In this document: positions 10,026 to 18,957 of the stretch, in pieces
Layout: each line of letters starts with the position of its first letter
How positions within the stretch are numbered: the first letter of the stretch is position 1
Source: Candidatus Bruticola sp.
Lineage (GTDB): Bacteria; Vulcanimicrobiota; Xenobia; Xenobiales; Xenobiaceae
Assembly: GCA_051874735.1 (NCBI GenBank)
Contig: JBJEGD010000026.1
Coordinates: 91,452 to 155,451, forward strand
DNA: 64,000 bases
Reading direction: 5' to 3'
The notes under the pieces: model-generated
Database searches by the model: none
What the model was told of the DNA's origin: nothing
Seen by the model: the letters and a program-made list of their open reading frames with translations, nothing else
Translations under genes and position numbers: made by a program

Positions 10026-10739
10026 ATGGATACAGCTAGTAGAAAAGGACTATTTATTACCTTAGAGGGGCCTGAGGGCGGTGGTAAAACCTCACAGGCT
10101 AATGCTCTAGCAGAGAAGCTGCGCCGTTATGGCTTGACAGTTTCTGTTACTCGTGAGCCTGGGGGAACCCCATTGGGCGATAAAATTCGCCAGCTGCTTA
10201 TTGATCCGGCTAATAAAGAAATGAAGCCCTTAACTGAGCTGTTACTTTTTGAAGCTTCTCGAGCTCAGCATGTTCAGGAGTTTATTAAGCCTAAGCTTAA
10301 TTCGGGAGAAATCGTTATTTGTGATCGTTTTTACGACTCTACAGTAGCTTATCAAGGGGCAAGAAATTTGCCTTTAGATACTGTCCATTACTTAAATAAT
10401 TTGGTAGCCGCTCAATGCTGCCCTGATTTTACTATTCTCCTCGATCTCGACTATGAAGTAGGTCGCTCTCGCTTAATGAAGCGTTATCGGCAAAATAGCG
10501 GAGCTGTAGATCGCATTGAGCGTGAAGAACAAGCTTTTTTTGAACGGTTGCGTCAAAATTATTTAGAGTTAGCTAGAGGAGGCTTACAGAAGGACGGATT
10601 AAGAGATAATTCCCTCAATCGTTGGCATATTGTAGATGCTTCTGTAAGCTTTTCTGAAGTTGCTGAGCAAGTTTGGAAGGCTGTTTGGCCGGTAGTGAAG
10701 TCTTGTATGGATAAATTATCTGCTGCAAAGAGGAGTTAA
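10026..10739 (+). CDS. tmk: Thymidylate kinase.
   Basis: LEGPEGGGKTSQ P-loop and DRF…STVAYQG motifs. Size 237 aa. Confidence 0.9.
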   Translation: MDTASRKGLFITLEGPEGGGKTSQANALAEKLRRYGLTVSVTREPGGTPLGDKIRQLLIDPANKEMKPLTELLLFEASRAQHVQEFIKPKLNSGEIVICDRFYDSTVAYQGARNLPLDTVHYLNNLVAAQCCPDFTILLDLDYEVGRSRLMKRYRQNSGAVDRIEREEQAFFERLRQNYLELARGGLQKDGLRDNSLNRWHIVDASVSFSEVAEQVWKAVWPVVKSCMDKLSAAKRS

Positions 10740-10740
10740 G

Positions 10741-11745
10741 GTGAAAATAATTGGCAGCGAAGTTATACTGGAACGCTTGGGCATTTTGGCTTTTGAGACT
10801 AAATTAGCTCCTAGTTATCTTTTTATAGGTCCTAAAGGAGTTGGTAAATTTTTATGCGCTCGTTGGTTCGCTGCAGCTGTACTTTGCCCCAATAAGAATA
10901 AGCTGGGCCCTTGTGGGCAGTGTTCTGTTTGTAAGAGAATCGAATCGGGTAATCATCCTGATATTAATATTTTGGCTAGCAGCGGTCGTTCTACTATCGG
11001 TATTGATGACATTCGGGAAGGCATAGTTTCAATGCAGACCTGCTCTTTTGAAGGAGGTTATCGCTTTTGGATTATTGACGAAGCTCAGCGGTTAACTGAA
11101 GAAGGTCAAAATGCTTTATTAAAAACCCTTGAAGAGCCCCCGCCTTCATTAGTTATTGTTTTAGTAGCTCAACTTGGTGGTTCTCTTTTAAATACTGTTA
11201 TGTCTCGCTGCCGCCGGTTCGATTTTAAAACTTTGCCCATCGTCTCTCTTCAGCAGGAACTTATAGTTCGAGGGGCCTCTCCAGATAAAGCCTTGGCTGC
11301 AGCTAAAATAAGCGAAGGCTCTTTAGGCGGAGCTTTAGAAATTTTGAGTGACAGCGTGCTTTGGGATTACAGGGTAGCTCTGTTGGAAATTTTAGCTTCA
11401 TTAGCTTCTGAAGAGCCAAGTTTATGGAAGGCAATTAGCGCTTCAATCACCTTAGAAAAGTTTTGTGGCGGTTCTTCAGCTAAAGACAAAGATCTTCTGT
11501 TAAAAACCTTTTCTATGGCCTCGTCATTTTATCGAGATTTGCTTTTGCTAAAAGTTGGAGCTCCCAGGCATATGCTTGTTAACGAAGATTATTTAGCCAT
11601 TCTTGAACAAGTATCTGAAAGTAGCAATGCTGCTAGCTTTAGAAAGGCTTTAGAGAGTATTAACCAGGCTAAGTCTCAAGCATTTCACAATGTTAATGTA
11701 AGGCTTTTACTGCAAAATCTGTGTTTATCCTTACAGCCAATGTAA
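10741..11745 (+). CDS. holB: DNA polymerase III delta-prime subunit.
   Basis: GPKGVGK P-loop, the zinc module CGQCSVCKRIESGNHPD, and a position immediately after tmk. Confidence 0.85.
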   Translation: MKIIGSEVILERLGILAFETKLAPSYLFIGPKGVGKFLCARWFAAAVLCPNKNKLGPCGQCSVCKRIESGNHPDINILASSGRSTIGIDDIREGIVSMQTCSFEGGYRFWIIDEAQRLTEEGQNALLKTLEEPPPSLVIVLVAQLGGSLLNTVMSRCRRFDFKTLPIVSLQQELIVRGASPDKALAAAKISEGSLGGALEILSDSVLWDYRVALLEILASLASEEPSLWKAISASITLEKFCGGSSAKDKDLLLKTFSMASSFYRDLLLLKVGAPRHMLVNEDYLAILEQVSESSNAASFRKALESINQAKSQAFHNVNVRLLLQNLCLSLQPM

Positions 11746-11773
11746 TTTTTCTTATCTTAGTAATTTACAGAAA

Positions 11774-11813
11774 AGAGCCCGCTTCAAAAACTTTGAAGCG
11801 GGCTCTAGTTTTG
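11774..11813. terminator. Bidirectional rho-independent terminator between holB (+) and the amylase gene (-).
   Basis: Perfect 14-bp stem AGAGCCCGCTTCAA/TTGAAGCGGGCTCT flanked by T-rich tracts on both strands. Confidence 0.7.
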
Positions 11814-11901
11814 AAGTCGTTTTGTATCGCTCTCAGCTAAGGTCTCTCGGTTACCGAAAACTACACAACCTTAGCTGACAACTTTATAATGCAACATTCA
11901 A

Positions 11902-13596
11902 TTACTTTTTGAATTGAATATTCCCATAGTCCTTTTCAGGAACCAGAACTCTTCCCTGCTTGTCCGCAGTGCCAATATTGAGGCAGTTGTCTTTGACTGT
12001 GAACTTGTCGCCAGTCAGGACGTCTACCATAACATCGCCATTGTGGATAGGACTGCCCTCACGCAGAGGAATGTTGCGGGTCTGGTGATTGTAGGAGTTA
12101 TTCAAAACTGTAATGCACTCCTGGCCTTCGTAGCGACGGCAGAAAGCGTAAACTTGGTCATCCTGCCACATCTCTTTTTGCTCACCGAATTGGAGGGCCG
12201 GCATAGCCGCACGGGTGCTGGTTAACTTTTGGAGGTGCTCGGTAATATGCGGGTTAGCACCAAACTCCATATCGCGACGGTTATCAGGATCACCTCCGCC
12301 GACCATGGCAGTTTCATCGCCGTAGTAAATGGAAGGAATACCGCGGCAAGTCATGATGAGATCCATACCCAGCTTAAGCTTATCATGGCCGCGGCTGTTG
12401 TTGGTGTTGTTCATGAAACGCTCGAAGTCATGGTTGTCTAAGAGAGTGACCATCTTGCTAGCATCGGGGTACTTGCTGTCCTCTGCAAAGCGTCTGCCAA
12501 GCTCTCTAGCACTGCCGTCTTTACCGATAGTATCACGGATTGTGTAATACAAAGGCATATCGAAGCAGCTGTCCATGCCGTCACGCTGGTAACCAGACAC
12601 CACGTTGGGATCGCCATGTAAAGCTTCACCCAAAATCATGAAGTCGTCGCCCATTTCTTTCTTTACATCGGCGCAGAACTTCTGCCAGAACTGGTGATCG
12701 ACATGCTTAATGGCGTCTAAACGAATACCATCAGCTCCGGTCTCTTTAGCCCACCACAGAGTATTGTCTAACAAATATTTGTAAACTTCAGGGTTACTCT
12801 GGTCAAGGTCGGGAAGACCGCAGACATCGCCGTTTTCGAGCTGCCAAGGATCATTCCAGTTACGGATGCCGCCGTTGTGGTGGAACCAATCTTTTTTACT
12901 AGGATCATTCAGCCAAGAATGGTTGGGAGAAACGTGGTTGAGCACGGTGTCCAAAACAACCTTCATGCCTTTTTCGTGAGCCTTAGAAACTAACTCTTTG
13001 GCGTCATCCATGGTACCCTGATGCTCATCTACTTTGTAGTGGTCAGTAATCCAGTAGCCGTGATAACCGGTACCTTCGTAGTTGCCCATTCTAATGGTGT
13101 CGGCGTTGTCGTACATAGGGGCGACCCAAAGACAAGTGGCGCCCAAATCTTTGATATAGTCTAATTTGTTGATAACACCGCGGAGATCGCCGCCATGGTA
13201 AGCGGTTGGGTTGTTCTTATCAACATTGAAGTTATTGCTGGGATCACCGTCGCAGAAGCGGTCAGTGAGGGGAAAATAAATTACCTGGGGGCCCCATTTC
13301 TCTTGCCAAGAACTCAAAGAGTTTGTGGTAACGGCAGAAGCACTAGCTGTCTCTTCGGTCTTAGCCGCAGTTGAGCAGAAAAGAGACTTCGGAATGAGTC
13401 CGGCCGAAGAATCAGACTTAGATTTCGTAAGAGTATCGGTGGGGAGGGCAGATACGCTCTCGGCCTCAGCGGCCTTGGCGGCAGGAACTGAAACGTTAGA
13501 TATAGGCTGATTGAAAACTTTAAAGTTATCAGACACGCCGGAAATCATGATAAAGCCTCCAAAAATAATTATAGATGTAAAAACTCTCTTAAGCAC
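11902..13596 (-). CDS. Secreted GH13 alpha-amylase family glycoside hydrolase.
   Basis: N-terminal signal peptide. GH13 catalytic blocks DAIKH, GYHGYW and FLDNHD. Confidence 0.85.
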   Translation of the reverse strand: MLKRVFTSIIIFGGFIMISGVSDNFKVFNQPISNVSVPAAKAAEAESVSALPTDTLTKSKSDSSAGLIPKSLFCSTAAKTEETASASAVTTNSLSSWQEKWGPQVIYFPLTDRFCDGDPSNNFNVDKNNPTAYHGGDLRGVINKLDYIKDLGATCLWVAPMYDNADTIRMGNYEGTGYHGYWITDHYKVDEHQGTMDDAKELVSKAHEKGMKVVLDTVLNHVSPNHSWLNDPSKKDWFHHNGGIRNWNDPWQLENGDVCGLPDLDQSNPEVYKYLLDNTLWWAKETGADGIRLDAIKHVDHQFWQKFCADVKKEMGDDFMILGEALHGDPNVVSGYQRDGMDSCFDMPLYYTIRDTIGKDGSARELGRRFAEDSKYPDASKMVTLLDNHDFERFMNNTNNSRGHDKLKLGMDLIMTCRGIPSIYYGDETAMVGGGDPDNRRDMEFGANPHITEHLQKLTSTRAAMPALQFGEQKEMWQDDQVYAFCRRYEGQECITVLNNSYNHQTRNIPLREGSPIHNGDVMVDVLTGDKFTVKDNCLNIGTADKQGRVLVPEKDYGNIQFKK

Positions 13597-13809
13597 TCCG
13601 CTTTAGGAACACCTAATCCCAAACATTTGCAAAGAAGCCACAGTCTGAAATTAATATGTTGTTTTCTTGCAACTTCATTAACTTAGATTATACCTAATTA
13701 TCAAAAAAAAATGTTACCAGGAATTTAATTAACACCTAGAAAAAAACTAATTGTGCAGAGTAGAGCTTCTTTGCGCCCAGGTATTCGCATGTTTTCAGGA
13801 GTAAAGATT

Positions 13810-15834
13810 ATGAAATTACAGCCGCGTGTTTTTTTTAATATGGGAGCCATAGTTTTAGGAATTGCTTGTTTAACTTTGCCGGCTGTGGCCAACAGTGGTA
13901 CCCCAGAAAAGTTTTCTTCCAAGCATAATGCTATCGTCCGCCAAGTTAAGGGCAACCTTACCATAGAAGGAGTGCCGACAATCCCTGATTCTCTGATTGA
14001 ACGCTTGGCTCAGTACTCTAATGTGCGTTCCGCAGTAGTGGGTGATTGGGATCCCCAGGCTAAGGGCCTCTTAGTTTTTACCCGTTTTGGTCAAACTTCT
14101 CAAGTTCATCGTGTAGCTCGTCCGGGTTCTTTTCGCGAGCAGATTACTTTCTTTGATGAGCCTGTCAACAGTATAGCCGTCAATCCTGACAGTAAACGTA
14201 ACGAAATGGTAATGCTGAAAGATGTAGGCGGCAACGAAAATTATCAAATATTCTTGTGGAATTTTAGTGATGGCCGTTCTAAAATGCTCACTAATGGTAA
14301 GGCCAGATATGGCTCTGTAGTATGGAATGATGAAGGTACTAAAATAGCCTACCAGTCTACTGAACGTGATGGCGCTAATTGGGATATTTGGATTATGGAT
14401 CCTAAACATCCTGAACAAGCTAAAATGGTTTACAGCCCTGGAGGGTATTGGGGGGTATTAGATTGGTCTAAACAAGGCGATCGTTTGCTTCTTTATAAAT
14501 ATATTTCTATTACAGAATCGTCTATGGTGGTTCTCGATTTAAATAGCGGCAAGACTATACCTATTGGCATAGATGACGCTTCTCAACCTCCTTTTGCTTT
14601 AGGAGAGGTCGCTAAATTTTCTACCGACGGTAAGGGAGTGTTCTTTACTACAGATAGTGGCAGCGAATTTCAGCGTTTAGCTTATCAAGATCTGTCTACT
14701 AAAAAAATAAGTTACATGGCGAGAGATATCCAGGCTGATGTGATTGATATACAAATCAGCAAAGATGGCAGCTTGTTGGCTTTTGTTACTAATGAGGATG
14801 GTTTTTACAAAATTTATGTTATGAACTTAAATAAGGGAAACTGTAAATATCGCCGTTTAACTACTATACCTGAAGGTGTGGTTTACGGAATGAAATTTTC
14901 CCCTGACCGTCGTTTGGCTGTTAGCATCGGATCTGGTAATAGGCCTTGTGATACTTATACTGTTAACTTAGATCGAAAAGATGAGTGCTTGCGTTGGACT
15001 TTTAGTGAGGCCGGCGGTTTAGACACTTCTTCTTTTGCTGAACCTAAACTTTTACATTACCCTACTTTCGATAATGACGGGGACAAAGCACGTCAAATTC
15101 CCGCTTTTGTTTACATGCCTAAAAAAGCTGCCTCAGAGCCCTGTCCTGTACTTATTCAAATCCACGGAGGGCCAGAGAGTCAATATCAGCCTTATTTCAG
15201 TTCGTTTATTCAGTATTTAGTCAATGAAAAAGGTATAGCTGTTATCGCTCCCAATGTTCGGGGCTCTCATGGTTATGGCAAAACTTATGTGTCTTTAGAT
15301 AACGGATACAAGAGAGAAGATTCTGTTAAAGATATCGGTGCTCTCATTGATTGGATAAAAAAACAGCCTCAGTTCAATGGAAAGATCGCTGTTATGGGAG
15401 GTTCGTACGGCGGTTATATGACTTTAGCTTCCATGACTCATTACAGTCAGGATTTGAGTTGCGGCATAGACAACGTAGGTATTAGCAATTTTGTGACTTT
15501 CTTAGAGAATACTAATCCTAATCGCCAAGACTTGCGTCGTGTTGAATATGGTGATGAGCGAGATCCGGAAATGAGAGCTTTTATGGAAAAAATTGCTCCG
15601 GCTAATAATGCTGCCAAGATAACTAAACCTCTTTATGTGGTACAGGGATACAACGATCCGCGCGTTCCTGTTACTGAAGCAGAACAAATGGTTCGAGAAA
15701 TACGTCAGGCTGGCGGTTTAGTTTGGTATTGCTGTGCCGCTGATGAAGGACACGGATTCGCCAAAAAGAACAATCGCGATTATTACTGGCAGTCTGCAGT
15801 GCTTTTCTTAGAGAAATATTTGTTAGGTAAATAA
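13810..15834 (+). CDS. S9 family serine peptidase (prolyl oligopeptidase/DPP-like) with an N-terminal beta-propeller and a signal peptide.
   Basis: GGSYGG nucleophile elbow and a C-terminal alpha/beta-hydrolase domain. Start set at the ATG preceded by AGGAG (MKLQPRVFF…). Confidence 0.85.
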   Translation: MKLQPRVFFNMGAIVLGIACLTLPAVANSGTPEKFSSKHNAIVRQVKGNLTIEGVPTIPDSLIERLAQYSNVRSAVVGDWDPQAKGLLVFTRFGQTSQVHRVARPGSFREQITFFDEPVNSIAVNPDSKRNEMVMLKDVGGNENYQIFLWNFSDGRSKMLTNGKARYGSVVWNDEGTKIAYQSTERDGANWDIWIMDPKHPEQAKMVYSPGGYWGVLDWSKQGDRLLLYKYISITESSMVVLDLNSGKTIPIGIDDASQPPFALGEVAKFSTDGKGVFFTTDSGSEFQRLAYQDLSTKKISYMARDIQADVIDIQISKDGSLLAFVTNEDGFYKIYVMNLNKGNCKYRRLTTIPEGVVYGMKFSPDRRLAVSIGSGNRPCDTYTVNLDRKDECLRWTFSEAGGLDTSSFAEPKLLHYPTFDNDGDKARQIPAFVYMPKKAASEPCPVLIQIHGGPESQYQPYFSSFIQYLVNEKGIAVIAPNVRGSHGYGKTYVSLDNGYKREDSVKDIGALIDWIKKQPQFNGKIAVMGGSYGGYMTLASMTHYSQDLSCGIDNVGISNFVTFLENTNPNRQDLRRVEYGDERDPEMRAFMEKIAPANNAAKITKPLYVVQGYNDPRVPVTEAEQMVREIRQAGGLVWYCCAADEGHGFAKKNNRDYYWQSAVLFLEKYLLGK

Positions 15835-15862
15835 ATTAACTTTATTAGTTATCTTAAAAATA

Positions 15863-15905
15863 AAGAGCTTCTCTACTATAAAGTAGCAAAGCTCTTTATT
15901 TTTAT
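15863..15905. terminator. Bidirectional terminator between convergent genes.
   Basis: AAGAGCTT…AAGCTCTT stem followed by TATTTTTAT. Confidence 0.55.
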
Positions 15906-15961
15906 GGCGCGTAGATGGTAACTTTATATTGTACTGAGGTAAAAAAGCTTATGGCTTAAAA

Positions 15962-16285
15962 CTAGGGAGTACCAGGAAAACTGTCAACGAATTTAACAGT
16001 GAAGTCGGGGAAAGAGTCGACAAATTGAATTTTATAATCGGGGAAAGAGTCGACAAGCTGCCATTTCCCCGGGCCATCAGGAAAACTTTTAACTACTTTA
16101 ACTTTCAGATCGGGAAAAGAATTGTCTACTTTAACCTTATAATCGGGGAAAGAATTAACTATCTGAATTCTGCCGTATATTCCGCTAACAGGAACTTTCG
16201 GTTTTGCTTGTACATTGGTGGCTGCGCAGGCAAAGAGTATAATTAGCGTCAGTAAAGCTGCAGACAAGGAGATCTGCTTTCTCAT
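15962..16285 (-). CDS. Small secreted protein of tandem approximately 11-aa SFPD repeats (six to seven copies).
   Basis: Signal peptide MRKQISLSAALLTLIILFACAA. Repeats are VNSFPDYKVKV / DNSFPDLKVKV / VDSFPDYKIQF / VDSFPDFTVKF and further variants. Periodic DNA repeats support it. Confidence 0.6.
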   Translation of the reverse strand: MRKQISLSAALLTLIILFACAATNVQAKPKVPVSGIYGRIQIVNSFPDYKVKVDNSFPDLKVKVVKSFPDGPGKWQLVDSFPDYKIQFVDSFPDFTVKFVDSFPGTP

Positions 16286-16406
16286 ATTGCACCTCCTGAA
16301 AATAGTTTTATTGACCTTTGCACTGAATTATTTCAGAGTCTACATGTTAATATCGTCTTTTCGTCTATTTTCCTTTGCACAAGTTATATAATACCCAAAT
16401 TTAATA

Positions 16407-16456
16407 AAGCCACAGTTTTATTGTACTAAAAATAGTACCTGTATAAACTGTGGCTT
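16407..16456. promoter_or_regulatory. Perfect 12-bp inverted repeat AAGCCACAGTTT…AAACTGTGGCTT with a nested palindrome GTACTAaaaaTAGTAC in the loop. It is either a terminator for the upstream minus-strand gene or an operator.
   Basis: Seen directly. It lies between the stop of the EEP gene and the start of the repeat-protein gene. Confidence 0.4.
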
Positions 16457-16483
16457 CATTTCACTCTATATGCCAGTAAAACG

Positions 16484-17380
16484 TTAGCCTCTAATATTAA
16501 ATTCGGAAGTAATCATGAGATGGTCTGAGGCTGTGGAAGATACCCAGCGAGTGTCTGTAGTATCGGATTGCGTATAACGATGGACTTGAGAGCTCACCAA
16601 GCGGTTGGACATAGATTTCGGGAAAATCATGTGATCGAACTGCTCGGGAGCAAAACCATTACTCTTTTTGGGATTGGCGGGCCAAGTGTTGCGCTCTGCA
16701 TCGGGTTTGCCTGCTAAACTGTCGACCCATTCTTCGCGCCCTCCGCCTGGATTCAAGACTGCTTGGACGGAAGCGTCGTCAGTGTTGTCGTTGAAGTCGC
16801 CGGTAAGCACGAAGAGACGGCCGGGGAATTCTTTCATTTCCGCTTCAGCAATGTCGCGCATAGCGCGCCCTTCGCTCAGGCGTTTCGTATCGGCGCTCAC
16901 ATGACCGGGAGCAGAGGGTCTTCTAGATTTTGAATGGGTAGTATATAAGCTGAGATCGGCGCTCTGGTTGCCATCGACATCTATATCGACGCGGAGCAAG
17001 TCGCGGCTGAATTTAGTGTCGCCGCTGCCGTCGGCTAGAGGGAAGGTTACGTCTTTATGGGAGACAACCTCAGTAAAGGGATATTTAGAGATTACTGCTA
17101 CGTTTACGCCGCGTCCGTCGTTGCCGGGAACGTGAGCTACGTATTTATAATTTTTGCTAAGCCCGCGAGTTTCGAGGAATTCATCTAAGGTTTCTTTAGA
17201 TGTACACTCTTGTAAGGCTACTACGTCGGCGTCAGCTCTTCTAATATTTTCGGCCAAAGCGTCTAAAGAACGCTCGCTCTTCACTGGAGTGCGGCCACCG
17301 CCAGCCCTTTGCACGTCGCGATCAGCAAACATGTTTTTTACATTGTAAGTACCTATGGTTACAGACGTTTTGCCTATCAT
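16484..17380 (-). CDS. Endonuclease/exonuclease/phosphatase (EEP) family protein.
   Basis: N-terminal TYNVKN motif and a C-terminal SDH motif typical of the EEP fold. Confidence 0.65.
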   Translation of the reverse strand: MIGKTSVTIGTYNVKNMFADRDVQRAGGGRTPVKSERSLDALAENIRRADADVVALQECTSKETLDEFLETRGLSKNYKYVAHVPGNDGRGVNVAVISKYPFTEVVSHKDVTFPLADGSGDTKFSRDLLRVDIDVDGNQSADLSLYTTHSKSRRPSAPGHVSADTKRLSEGRAMRDIAEAEMKEFPGRLFVLTGDFNDNTDDASVQAVLNPGGGREEWVDSLAGKPDAERNTWPANPKKSNGFAPEQFDHMIFPKSMSNRLVSSQVHRYTQSDTTDTRWVSSTASDHLMITSEFNIRG

Positions 17381-17718
17381 ATTATTTAAACCCCGCTGGA
17401 TAAACTTTCTTTATACCGCTGTACTTTTAATACAGAAGTAGAATTAAGAATATAAGTTCCTCCCGCCGCATCTTTTTTAAGAAAATGACGATCCAAAAGC
17501 ATTTGTCTACTTCTGTTGGCTGTAAACCAACACAAGCAGCTGATACTTGCGACTCACAACCAAAAATTTTCTTTAACGGCGGACTATAAAACTAGAAAAA
17601 GATGCGGCAGTCCAGCTTAGGCGTCAGCCTAAGCAGCTTTCTGCACACTATTATAAAGATTATACGTATAATTAACTACAAACAAAACTTTTGTGTAAGT
17701 GATTTAATGTATTTTTTG

Positions 17719-18912
17719 TTAATTTTCTAATATATCATTTTTAATCAGAGCTTCTTCTACTATTTTAGCCATAAAACGATGGCCTTCTGGAGTGAAATGT
17801 ACAGAATCTGCAAAAAGGCGGTCGTATTGCTGAGGTGGCAGAGACGCAAAAATTTGTGGAGCATCTATTATCATTATGTTGTATTCGGCAGCTAGGCGGC
17901 GCAAAGCTTCATGATAAAGAGGTAACTGAGAGCTATTAGCTATATGGCGATTAGTAGGTTCTAGAAGGAGAACTAGTTGGAATCCGTCTTCTTGGCTCAG
18001 TTTATAAAAATTTTTTATATTTTCGATAAACTCAGATAAGGGCACACGTTCAGTGGCGTTAACATCGCCACTTCGGCGGCTGTACATACTGCGGCTGTGC
18101 AGGCGCAGACTAAGGCTGCGTACTAGGATACATATTCGGCTGCGATATATCCAGGAGCGCAGATAATGAATCCACTTGTTGTCCGTAATTACTGAACGGT
18201 CAGTGGAAAAAGCTTCATTGGCATCGTGATAGCCAAAGGCTTCTATAACCATATCGGGTTTGTAAGGGGCTATGTCCGATTTGTAGAGCATCAGTCCCTG
18301 CCATGAGGAATAACCGGAAATAGCTCCATCAATTACTTCTATGTGGCGATGGCCATTGGCTTGGGCTTGTCGTCTGTTTAAATTATTCTGCAGTACTTTT
18401 GGGTAACAGTGTTTGGGGGCATATTGATGGCGGAAGGCAGAAATAGCCTGAGAATCGCCTAAAACGGTAATACGGAAGGTATTGCTATTTTTATGGCGCG
18501 GGTGTTCCTGATCAAAAATGCCGCTTATAGAAGTCCGCGAAGTACCGACCATATTAGTTCTGCGTCCGCGTTCATTGGCTGTCGCTTCTGGATTAGCTTT
18601 CCAAAAGGTGAGGGGATCGGGAATAAATAATTTAGAGGGACTGTAGTAAGGCAAGTGAAGCATAGCTTCGAAAATAACAAAGAATAGAAATGTAACAAGC
18701 AGATTACGCTTGAACAGAGAAAGCCTTGCCCAGCCTGAATATTTTTGGGCCACTACTTGACTTAGTTTGCATAGTAGGGCAGCAATAGTAAAACCCAATA
18801 GAAGGCTGGCTATAATTTGATTATCTAGCAGTCTGGGAATATTGCCTATAAGATATTGAGAACTTAGGGCCGTTTCTCCGCCGCTTACTATGTAAAATGC
18901 AGTATCTTCCAT
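17719..18912 (-). CDS. Membrane-anchored SGNH/GDSL-family hydrolase.
   Basis: Two N-terminal transmembrane helices. SGNH blocks GDSQA (I), GYHD (III) and DSVHFT (V). Confidence 0.55.
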   Translation of the reverse strand: MEDTAFYIVSGGETALSSQYLIGNIPRLLDNQIIASLLLGFTIAALLCKLSQVVAQKYSGWARLSLFKRNLLVTFLFFVIFEAMLHLPYYSPSKLFIPDPLTFWKANPEATANERGRRTNMVGTSRTSISGIFDQEHPRHKNSNTFRITVLGDSQAISAFRHQYAPKHCYPKVLQNNLNRRQAQANGHRHIEVIDGAISGYSSWQGLMLYKSDIAPYKPDMVIEAFGYHDANEAFSTDRSVITDNKWIHYLRSWIYRSRICILVRSLSLRLHSRSMYSRRSGDVNATERVPLSEFIENIKNFYKLSQEDGFQLVLLLEPTNRHIANSSQLPLYHEALRRLAAEYNIMIIDAPQIFASLPPQQYDRLFADSVHFTPEGHRFMAKIVEEALIKNDILEN

Positions 18913-18957
18913 GTGCCGTTAACTAGTGACTGAGTGTTTTTTATGTTGTTAGAAAAC

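Noticed and set aside
16025-16246. Plus-strand 73-aa ORF inside the FPD-repeat gene.
   Set aside because: It is a product of the periodic DNA repeat read on the opposite strand. The minus-strand frame has a signal peptide and a coherent repeat protein.
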